Of a stretch of DNA of 64,000 nucleotides, positions 56,257 to 64,000 are shown piece by piece. The notes beneath the pieces are model-generated. The model did not search any database, was not told where the DNA came from, and saw nothing but the letters and a program-made list of their open reading frames with translations. The position numbers and the translations under genes are program-made. Within the stretch, counting starts at the first letter, position 1, and each line of letters starts with the position of its first letter. Source of the stretch: a virus (Duplodnaviria > Caudoviricetes); the IMG/VR virus record IMGVR_UViG_3300031998_000039, positions 1 through 64,000 of that record; one strand, written 5' to 3'.

Positions 56257-59200
56257 CTATTTTTTTAAAACTTTATACTTTTTAATAACATCTTCTGTAA
56301 CATTATTATCCTGTGTCCAATTATCATTAGCATCTTTACGCCACTTGCCTTCAGGATTAATCTCAAGAACTTGCACGACATTCTTTTCAGACACCGGCAA
56401 CTGCTTGGTTAATGATCCACGGATTCGATATTCAACTGTCTTGCCTGTAGCAATCTGATACATCTTGTATTTAGATCCTTTTATTTCGGTTACAAAATAC
56501 CAACTATCTGAAACATTAGGAGCAACTACTGTTGGCATGCCAGTCAATTCAAATGCATAAATTAATTTATCAATTAAAGATGTTGTGCCTTTCTGGTAAA
56601 TCTGAGCTTCAATTGATACTAAATCATACCACTTTTTGCGTGTCTTATACTTCTTGTATAAAGTAAGAATATTTAGCAAATAATTAATGTCACCAAACTC
56701 TGAAAAATAATCCAGTTTAACAAGTGATTCTATTTGACGCACGTCAATCTTTAAATCTTTAAGGTCAGCCAATAAATCAATAAACTGTGGTTCGCATTTT
56801 TCTTCACCCTGATTAAATAGGGTAATATCTCTAACCACATCATAAGGTTTATCATATAAAGATTTTAATGACTCATATGCATCTTTCGACATATATGGAA
56901 CTTCTGACAATCCTTTATATATTACTCGTTGTTCGGGATCGCAACTATAATCCCAATTAGCAAATCTAAATTTAACAGATTCAAATTTGATGCCTAAATC
57001 ACGAGCAAGCTGCTGTCCATTAAATAAATCATCATCATTCTTGGCACACATTAAGTATGCAGTACAATATTGTACAGGATAATAGTGTCGATAATATCCG
57101 CAAAGATATGACAGTAAGCTGTATCCAAGGGCGTGGTTTTTATTAAACATGTAAGAACTGGCATCTTCAATAACCTGAAGGAAGTTCTTGGCTTCTTGTT
57201 CCGCAACCTCACGAGGCTTATCTGATTTAGAACAATATCCTTCAAGGATTTGTGGCATTGCTTTTGCTATCTTATCTGCGTCCTTTTTGCCTATAGCACG
57301 TCTTATACTATCCGCATCAGAACCACTAAATCCACAAACATACTGTAAGAAAGCGGTAACCTCTTCTTGATATGAAAGATATCCATAGCTTTCACTCAAA
57401 ATGTTATTTATTAATTCAGAACCATTATCATTTACTTCATGGTTAAATAATCGTTCACGATATGACGCACCGCCGGGACGTAACGCAGCATTAACAAGAG
57501 TGATATCCTCAATGCTATGACAACCCATTTTCTTAAAACAATCTTTAGCATATTGAGATTCAAACTGAAAGATTGTAATAGGATTATTATTCATATCATT
57601 AAATACATCTTGGTCATTGAAATTTATCTCGTGTGCTTTTGGGAAATATTGTCCTATCATTTTACATGTTTTATCAATAACTCCGATAGTTTTAAGTCCA
57701 AGGATATCATACTTAATTAATCCTAATGCATGACAATAATCCATATCAAGCGGAAGAATTTGTTGTCCATCACTGCCTAAAAACATTCCGCAATAATTAA
57801 TAAGGTTCATAGGACTAGCTACAATTCCTGCAGGATGTTGAGATTGAGAAACTACGCAATCTTTAATCCCATCAAAATAATAAAATACTTCAGGATATTT
57901 AGCTTTTGTTCCTTCAGGATCAGCTTCGTATTCTGATTTAATATATTCCATTTTCTCAAGATTATATGGAGAGTCAGGATTCTTAACACATAAAGCTTTG
58001 CATATAACGGCAATTGCACTTTTATCAGCTAATGTACCTAAAGCAAGGATATAAGATGTACGTTGTTTGCCAAATCGATTAATAATATAATCATATATTT
58101 TCCCACGATCATCTTCATACCAATCAGTGTCAATGTCACCTGCTTCTACTCTATGCTCGTTACAAAATCTTGAAAATATTGTATTCCATTTAATAGGATC
58201 AACATCGGTTATATTTGTTATAAATGCTACTACAGAACCCGACACTGAACCTCTTGAGAATCCAGTTGCAATATGATTTTCTCTTGCCCATGTCATCATT
58301 TCAGACATAAACAACATAAATCCAACCATATTAACCTTTTTAAAGACCGCCATTTCTTCTTTAATTTGGTCTACATATGCTTTGTCATTAGTAATAATCC
58401 CTGCGTCACGCTTCTGCTTATAATTACGTTTGATAGTATCCCACATAACTTCTTCGTCTTTATCACCATAAAGGAATGGATATTTGTCATGTGTATCAAA
58501 CACTAACTCTTCACAACTGTCCGCCATGACGTTGGTGTTCTCAATCGCTTTCAGATACTCCTCCTGTGGGAGGATACCCTGTTCACGAAACTTATCAACC
58601 AATTCGTCATAAGTTTTAAATGTCAAGTCACATTCATTCTCTGAATCTCCCCATGCACCCTCAGTTTTGCCATACTGAAGAATAGTTCGACACTCCGCTT
58701 TATACTTATCCAAGCTATGGGTATCGGTGCCGGTAATTAAGGATTTACCAAACCGCTTGCTTAACTCCCACAGGTACTTGGTATATTCAAGATTGTCAGG
58801 GAAGCAGTGGTACTGTATCTCATAGTAATCATAATGTTTAACCATTGCGAGATATTTTTGCTTGCGAGCATAAGTATCGCCTTCGTCTGCCAATATTGAT
58901 TTACGGAACTGCCAAAGTGGACTCTGAATACAAGCAGATATCTTGATAACATTATCTGATATTGCAAGAAACTCATCAACTGTAATTCTTGGCTTATAAT
59001 AAAAGTGATCTTTTTGATATGACAAGAAAAACAACTGATTAATTTCCTCAAAGCCCTTTTGGTTTTTAGCAATCAGAACTGTATGCCAGTTATCCTTACG
59101 CTTTTCTTCAAGGGTTTCAGTAATATAACACTCAATACCATGAAGATATTTTAACCCGTATTTATCGCAGAGTTGTTTTTTCTGATACCAGTTAAAACAG

Positions 59201-59331
59201 TTCCCATGCTCACTAAATCCAAACGTTTTTATGCCAAGTTCGGACGCACGTTTAATATATGACTCAGGATCAGTAACAGAATCCAATAGGGAATAATATG
59301 TATGAACATGATATGGTACATAGTTGCTCAT
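56257..59331 (-). CDS. dnaE: DNA polymerase III alpha subunit
   Basis: HVHTYYSLLD PHP domain, SRGS..GS, DIDTD, HPAG, KYDILGL, FQFES, YQEE, FNKNHA. Confidence 0.95.
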   Translation of the reverse strand: MSNYVPYHVHTYYSLLDSVTDPESYIKRASELGIKTFGFSEHGNCFNWYQKKQLCDKYGLKYLHGIECYITETLEEKRKDNWHTVLIAKNQKGFEEINQLFFLSYQKDHFYYKPRITVDEFLAISDNVIKISACIQSPLWQFRKSILADEGDTYARKQKYLAMVKHYDYYEIQYHCFPDNLEYTKYLWELSKRFGKSLITGTDTHSLDKYKAECRTILQYGKTEGAWGDSENECDLTFKTYDELVDKFREQGILPQEEYLKAIENTNVMADSCEELVFDTHDKYPFLYGDKDEEVMWDTIKRNYKQKRDAGIITNDKAYVDQIKEEMAVFKKVNMVGFMLFMSEMMTWARENHIATGFSRGSVSGSVVAFITNITDVDPIKWNTIFSRFCNEHRVEAGDIDTDWYEDDRGKIYDYIINRFGKQRTSYILALGTLADKSAIAVICKALCVKNPDSPYNLEKMEYIKSEYEADPEGTKAKYPEVFYYFDGIKDCVVSQSQHPAGIVASPMNLINYCGMFLGSDGQQILPLDMDYCHALGLIKYDILGLKTIGVIDKTCKMIGQYFPKAHEINFNDQDVFNDMNNNPITIFQFESQYAKDCFKKMGCHSIEDITLVNAALRPGGASYRERLFNHEVNDNGSELINNILSESYGYLSYQEEVTAFLQYVCGFSGSDADSIRRAIGKKDADKIAKAMPQILEGYCSKSDKPREVAEQEAKNFLQVIEDASSYMFNKNHALGYSLLSYLCGYYRHYYPVQYCTAYLMCAKNDDDLFNGQQLARDLGIKFESVKFRFANWDYSCDPEQRVIYKGLSEVPYMSKDAYESLKSLYDKPYDVVRDITLFNQGEEKCEPQFIDLLADLKDLKIDVRQIESLVKLDYFSEFGDINYLLNILTLYKKYKTRKKWYDLVSIEAQIYQKGTTSLIDKLIYAFELTGMPTVVAPNVSDSWYFVTEIKGSKYKMYQIATGKTVEYRIRGSLTKQLPVSEKNVVQVLEINPEGKWRKDANDNWTQDNNVTEDVIKKYKVLKK

Positions 59332-60404
59332 ATCTCATTCTCCTTCTTTGGTAAAGGATGTTCTTCAAGATAATCATGTATATGTGGACAATCCCTAAAG
59401 TGCGGACAAAGATTCAGACAAAACCAACAATCGCTTACGGTCTTCCCATTAGTTTGTGTCTTATAAAACTTTCTTGGTGTATAAGCACTGACATCTTTAT
59501 TCTTAAGACTTTCCCATAAAGTAATTGTATCTTTAATATATTTCTTACAATCCTCAATTACTTCATTGTCAACAGGATACTCCACTATGCATGGTTCCAT
59601 CCAGAACTTTGATCTAACTTCTTCAGGTAATCCATCAAACTTGTTAGTCTGTTTCAAATCCATTAAAAATATATCAGCTTCAAACTCATCGTATCTGGCA
59701 CGAGTTAATTCGGAGTCAACATATTTTTCCATTTCATCATAAATTTTTTTGCGCTCAATGATTTTAGTTTTAGGATTACCCTTAAGGTCAACATATCCTA
59801 CATTAACATACTTCATAAAATGCCATGCAATTTTATTAACCTTAAATCCCTCTTGCTGCTTACCTAACATATAAATGATAAGCTGACGGGCATGAGCATC
59901 CATATCTTTAGAACTATACATACTGCTCGACTTATGGTCATAGATATTAATAACACCATCTTCAACATTATCAATCAAGTCAATATAGCCCTGAATATAA
60001 TGCCCATCATCTGTCTTATATATAAATAACTGCTCTGTATCAAACTTTTTATCTTTCGGGAAATCAAAAGTTTCACAAAAGTGCGAAATATCTGCTATCC
60101 AGCCTTCACGGATTTTATCTGAAGGGAAATTAATACCAAGCATATCCATGTCTTCTAATTCAGATTTCATAGCAGGAAGTAAGTCCTCTTTTGTAGCAGT
60201 GCCATTTGCCATACCTTCAAGGACATCATGCAGCTTGCCACCCATGATAGCATAGATATTATTCCCGCCACGATTATCCAGTCGGTATGTTAAATAAGCT
60301 GAAAAAAGGCATGAATTAATCGTATCCAATTTGGATATGGAATATAACTCAACGCCTTTATTCTGCAACTCTTTTATTCTTCTGTCTTCTGCTCGTTCTC
60401 CCAT
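59328..60404 (-). CDS. PD-(D/E)XK (RecB/Cas4-like) exonuclease
   Basis: G.KLH..LE, E, GYIDLI, DHKSS, QL..Y; N-terminal Cys plus C-terminal Cys cluster. Confidence 0.85.
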   Translation of the reverse strand: MGERAEDRRIKELQNKGVELYSISKLDTINSCLFSAYLTYRLDNRGGNNIYAIMGGKLHDVLEGMANGTATKEDLLPAMKSELEDMDMLGINFPSDKIREGWIADISHFCETFDFPKDKKFDTEQLFIYKTDDGHYIQGYIDLIDNVEDGVINIYDHKSSSMYSSKDMDAHARQLIIYMLGKQQEGFKVNKIAWHFMKYVNVGYVDLKGNPKTKIIERKKIYDEMEKYVDSELTRARYDEFEADIFLMDLKQTNKFDGLPEEVRSKFWMEPCIVEYPVDNEVIEDCKKYIKDTITLWESLKNKDVSAYTPRKFYKTQTNGKTVSDCWFCLNLCPHFRDCPHIHDYLEEHPLPKKENEI

Positions 60405-60586
60405 GACTGATCCTCCTCATCTTCATCCTCATCTGGAATTGCTATTCGATATTCTATTTCTGCTCCACAATTGGTGCAGTGGCATATATGAACTATGCCC
60501 TCTCCTTCGTAACACATATCTGAGAAGTCAAAATCTGCATCCCATATAACTGCTTTTCTTAAGCAATGAAAACATTCATACCACCT
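60374..60586 (-). pseudogene. Zinc-ribbon frame lacking a canonical start codon
   Basis: Open frame RWYECFHC..CHCTNCG directly in frame after the methyltransferase TAA; no in-frame ATG/GTG/TTG before the first Cys pair. Confidence 0.5.
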
Positions 60587-61081
60587 TTAATCCGTATCTT
60601 TTAAAAAGGCAATCCAGTGTGTTTTATTAAGCTTGCCAACCTGATGCCCATATAATGGTTTAAAAGGAATAACAGATAACACCTTGCTAACGGGAATATC
60701 TGTTTCGTTCCATTTAAATATCAGAGTTCCGTTTGGTTTTAATACTCGCATACATTCACAAAATGCATCATGTAAAAATTTATCCCAGTTAGTCTTATCC
60801 AACTTACCATATTTCTTACACATCCAAGCGTTATCACCAATAGATGTTAAATGTGGAGGATCGAATACAATATGATAAAATGAATTGTCTTCATATGGCA
60901 AGTTAGTAACATCACAAATTTTATCAGGCAAAACAGATATATGACGCTCGTTTTTACCATCAGCGCTGCGATAGATTACTTCATCTTCAATCTCGCGTAT
61001 ATCACAATATTCAACAATGGGATTATGTTTATCAAACCAAAACATTTTAGAACCACAACAAGGATCTAACACCTTTTTCAT
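60587..61081 (-). CDS. Small SAM-dependent (amino-)methyltransferase
   Basis: LDPCCG motif I, FDPPH motif IV, RVLKPNG. Confidence 0.8.
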   Translation of the reverse strand: MKKVLDPCCGSKMFWFDKHNPIVEYCDIREIEDEVIYRSADGKNERHISVLPDKICDVTNLPYEDNSFYHIVFDPPHLTSIGDNAWMCKKYGKLDKTNWDKFLHDAFCECMRVLKPNGTLIFKWNETDIPVSKVLSVIPFKPLYGHQVGKLNKTHWIAFLKDTD

Positions 61082-61596
61082 GCCACTTCTCCTTTATATT
61101 CAAGAGTTACTAATGTGTCATTCTTGCTACCACCATGTGATACTATCAATACCTTTGTCATTTCAAAACCTCTGCCCTTACCAAGCCCATTGGTATTCCA
61201 GCCACAACAGATTACTCTGCCACCCTTTTTAAGGATTCTTGCAATATTATCCTTGCATTCTGCCCAGTACTTCATATTAGATATACTTATTTCAAGCTTG
61301 TCTTTACCATAGCTTTTATACATTTCGGCAGCTTGTGAAATGGAGTACGGTGGATCGTATAACACAAGGTCTGCGCTGTTGTCTGGCAAACTCTTTAAAA
61401 ACTCTAATGCGTCCATGTTGTAATCCGTTTGATATTCAGGATTCAAATCATTTGTAATAGTCCCATACTTACAACCATTAGCAAAAGGATCTACAATGAC
61501 ACCACCCTTATTAACTTCCGCTTCAACAAACTCTTTAATTGGTTTTATAGTAAAAGTTTTGCTATTAGGCATTGCCCATGTTTTTTCGATATTCAT
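61078..61596 (-). CDS. Small adenine-specific DNA methyltransferase
   Basis: DPFA motif I, DPPY motif IV. Confidence 0.8.
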   Translation of the reverse strand: MNIEKTWAMPNSKTFTIKPIKEFVEAEVNKGGVIVDPFANGCKYGTITNDLNPEYQTDYNMDALEFLKSLPDNSADLVLYDPPYSISQAAEMYKSYGKDKLEISISNMKYWAECKDNIARILKKGGRVICCGWNTNGLGKGRGFEMTKVLIVSHGGSKNDTLVTLEYKGEVA

Positions 61597-61601
61597 AATT
61601 T

Positions 61602-61982
61602 TTAGCCCCTTACTCCATTTTCTATTATTTTATTAATTAAATTAACAACATCTGCATTATTGTTATATGATATCTGGTGTCCCATATCTTTTATATGATA
61701 TGTCATCATTTTGCGTAATGTTTTTTCAAATATTGCAGCGTCAAATTTTAGTTTATAAGTATAAGTCATATTATTTATCCACTGCGTAACCATCATAGTG
61801 CATTGATCTGTCCCACGATGCTGAATGTTAAAACCAAGCGCTCCTTGATTTATAGTGCTAAATGAAACTATAAGTGTATAAACTGTATAATCCTGACTAA
61901 ATACTGTTAAATAAGTTTGGAAAACATCTTTTTCGTTATTATTGTTAATAATGTCTTGTATTTTAATCTTATGTAGCATCAT
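61602..61982 (-). CDS. Hypothetical protein
   Basis: 126-aa ORF overlapping the upstream stop. Confidence 0.6.
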   Translation of the reverse strand: MMLHKIKIQDIINNNNEKDVFQTYLTVFSQDYTVYTLIVSFSTINQGALGFNIQHRGTDQCTMMVTQWINNMTYTYKLKFDAAIFEKTLRKMMTYHIKDMGHQISYNNNADVVNLINKIIENGVRG

Positions 61983-62625
61983 AGTTCCATTCTCCTTGTC
62001 CGTAACGCTTAAGCTTCTGCTGTTTAGACTTAATTATTAGCTTGCGAAAGCTGTCATAAGTTTTTAGTGTAACATATTTACATCCAATAACATCAAAACA
62101 TTGTTCGCCACGAGCCAATTCATATTCATTAGCAGATACTATAATGTATGGAATAATGTCGTCTTTGGTCAGGTCTTGTAACACTGTTTGAAACAAGTCT
62201 TGTTTAAGTTCAATAACATTATCGATACTGAATCCTGAATCAACTGCATCTAAAAGAATAAATACCTCTTTGGCATTTTTACTTGTAACTTCGCTACGAA
62301 TAAAATTACCCAACTCACCAGCAATATGAGCAAGATTGTTGTTTAATTGCTCGCCTTCTGAAGACATTATATTATATGCCATATTATCATAATCTTCATA
62401 GAATCCAAACTTCGAAATCATCTTGCTCCCACCTTCTTTATAATTATCATAAAGAAAACAAGGAATCTTCGTTTTTTTACAATAACTTTGTATCTGATGA
62501 AGTAGTGTCGTTTTCCCCGCACCATTGCAACCGACAAGCACCGTTACACCAGCTTGTAATTCTATTTTGCTTTTATTATGAATTTTGTAATCACAATAAT
62601 AATCACGTATAATCGGAATAATCAT
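61969..62625 (-). CDS. Stand-alone ABC-type ATPase
   Basis: GCNGAGKTT Walker A, SSEGE signature, ILLDAVDSG Walker B. Confidence 0.8.
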   Translation of the reverse strand: MIIPIIRDYYCDYKIHNKSKIELQAGVTVLVGCNGAGKTTLLHQIQSYCKKTKIPCFLYDNYKEGGSKMISKFGFYEDYDNMAYNIMSSEGEQLNNNLAHIAGELGNFIRSEVTSKNAKEVFILLDAVDSGFSIDNVIELKQDLFQTVLQDLTKDDIIPYIIVSANEYELARGEQCFDVIGCKYVTLKTYDSFRKLIIKSKQQKLKRYGQGEWNYDAT

Positions 62626-63482
62626 GTTTCCTCCTTATAAAAACAACCATCCCCAAGGCAATACACCGGTTTTAATGTTATAGAATGAATCTCTATCGCT
62701 TCTTTGGGATTACTTTCAATAAATAATACTGCCCCTGTTTGTTTAAATATATCGGCTTTATATTTTCCGTACATATTTAATTTTTGTCTTGTTGCTTTAT
62801 CCGGCAAGTCAAGCATATATAAATGTTCATATTGAATATTGTGTGCTTTCAGCCATTGTTCTGTTTCTGCTCGATATTTTTCAAGCCGACAAGTTACAAT
62901 AGCTTTAATCTTATGTTTAGGAATAAACTTTGGCTTTGCAGTACGTATGAACTCTCTGTAATTATTAGCGTCATCATTCTGTTCAGGAGTAGGATCAATA
63001 CATAACACGCCATCTAAATCAACACAAGAACTTTCAAGTATCAAATGATCCATTATATTCCATTCCCAAACACGCCACTGTTCAACAATATCAAAATAAA
63101 AGTCAACCTTATTTTTAGAAGATTCGGTTACATATATGGCACAATAAATAAAATCCATATCAAGATGACGAGAACATTGTTCTTTAATCTTATTTATTGC
63201 ATAACCAGTAAAACAACTGTCGTCTACTACCAGTATTTTTGTTCTATATGGAGCCGGGATTTCTCGCCCTAATTCAAATGCAATACGTCTTGTCGTGTCA
63301 AATGAATATTTGCCAAGGGTTTCAGTTGTTCCTAAAGGTTTGCCAAGATATAAGGCAATCAACGTAGCTGGTAACATACCGCTTCTTGGAACTCCAACTA
63401 TACAGTCAACATTTGGTATTAAATGCAACTTGCTCTTAATAAGCTGATTCATGTCGTCAATGCTACGAAAATTAATCATCAT
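62622..63482 (-). CDS. Type I phosphoribosyltransferase fused to a HAD-like domain
   Basis: GVPRSG, ILVVDDSCFTG PRPP loop; CVDLDGV, VTCR, K, FIES HAD motifs. Confidence 0.8.
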   Translation of the reverse strand: MMINFRSIDDMNQLIKSKLHLIPNVDCIVGVPRSGMLPATLIALYLGKPLGTTETLGKYSFDTTRRIAFELGREIPAPYRTKILVVDDSCFTGYAINKIKEQCSRHLDMDFIYCAIYVTESSKNKVDFYFDIVEQWRVWEWNIMDHLILESSCVDLDGVLCIDPTPEQNDDANNYREFIRTAKPKFIPKHKIKAIVTCRLEKYRAETEQWLKAHNIQYEHLYMLDLPDKATRQKLNMYGKYKADIFKQTGAVLFIESNPKEAIEIHSITLKPVYCLGDGCFYKEET

Positions 63483-63762
63483 TACACTCCTTTAAAATAT
63501 ATAAAGAGTTTTCAGTTTCAATAGTTAATGTATGATCTTGTTCATTAACCCAAGCTGCAATAACCATTGATGTATACCAATTTCTATAATAAGGAGAATT
63601 TAAAACCCACATTTTAAGTTCTTCCCCACGTTCGATTGCATTAGTATCAAATCCAACTTTATATCCAATTAATCCTTGATATTTACTGTCATTAACCTGA
63701 GTATTACGTTCACCCTTGCGTCCACTATGTAGTATGCTTGTTACGAAGTACTCTTTTGTCAT
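63472..63762 (-). CDS. Hypothetical protein
   Basis: SD AGGAG before ATG 63762; ET.NS.Y C-terminal motif. Confidence 0.65.
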   Translation of the reverse strand: MTKEYFVTSILHSGRKGERNTQVNDSKYQGLIGYKVGFDTNAIERGEELKMWVLNSPYYRNWYTSMVIAAWVNEQDHTLTIETENSLYILKECNDD

Positions 63763-64000
63763 ATTTCTTGCTCCTTTTTTCATAACGTTCTCTAACTGCT
63801 TTAACGGTTTCAGAAACATCATGAGTAACTATTTCTTTGTTGTTATCTTTGTCCCAACGTGTATAAGAATATGTATTAGGTATTTTCCACCCATCTTCGC
63901 CACGTTTTTCTGCAAGTTTGTTATATTGTTCCCATAACTCTTCTATATCTATAGGTTTATATCTTTGTCTATTTTTAACAAAACAAGCAAAACATTGTGG
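63725..64000 (-). CDS. Hypothetical protein, 5'-truncated by window edge
   Basis: Frame is open from 64000 to TAG at 63725. Confidence 0.6.
   Translation of the reverse strand, partial: PQCFACFVKNRQRYKPIDIEELWEQYNKLAEKRGEDGWKIPNTYSYTRWDKDNNKEIVTHDVSETVKAVRERYEKRSKKYDKRVLRNKHTT

Larger units (their letters stand above)
1..64000. mobile_element. Segment of a large temperate tailed phage genome (SPbeta-like organisation)
   Basis: Tail, lysis, tape-measure, integrase/attP, dnaE, nrdD and tRNA genes; two convergent arms meet at attP; no host housekeeping context. Confidence 0.95.

Noticed and set aside
1-64000. Stop-codon reassignment
   Set aside because: Long genes are intact under the standard code, all three stops are used, and no suppressor tRNA is seen

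Overview
A 64 kb slice of a large, AT-rich temperate siphophage genome with an SPbeta-like layout. The host is most likely a Clostridia/Lachnospiraceae-type Firmicute (inferred). The + strand arm (1-40.7 kb) carries neck and tail genes, an HNH endonuclease, an uncharacterised 6-gene module, lysis genes, RuvC, a cysteine desulfurase, a glycosyltransferase, fibre genes, a 3612-aa tape measure, Dit, Tal and a modular tail tip. It converges on an apparently intact attP (tRNA 3'-end core) and a tyrosine integrase. The - strand arm (41-64 kb) carries dUTPase, nrdD/nrdG, an RNA ligase, many small genes, a tRNA cluster, dnaE, a PD-(D/E)XK nuclease and two methyltransferases. Most notable: (1) two tandem, covarying H-type pseudoknots plus a terminator beside attP, resembling an orphan CptI type III antitoxin with no toxin gene; (2) three anticodon-less tRNA-scaffold RNAs with variable payloads, inside an array of small gene cassettes joined by a conserved TAACCCCATAAAA/TAACCATTTTAGGAGG junction, with an ectopic copy behind a tail-fibre gene; (3) tail-tip genes whose boundaries appear to cut through Fn3 and glycine-rich domains; (4) the 6-gene module, with a hairpin whose palindromic loop resembles a retroviral dimerisation signal. 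All product calls come from motif recognition by eye; no database search was run.
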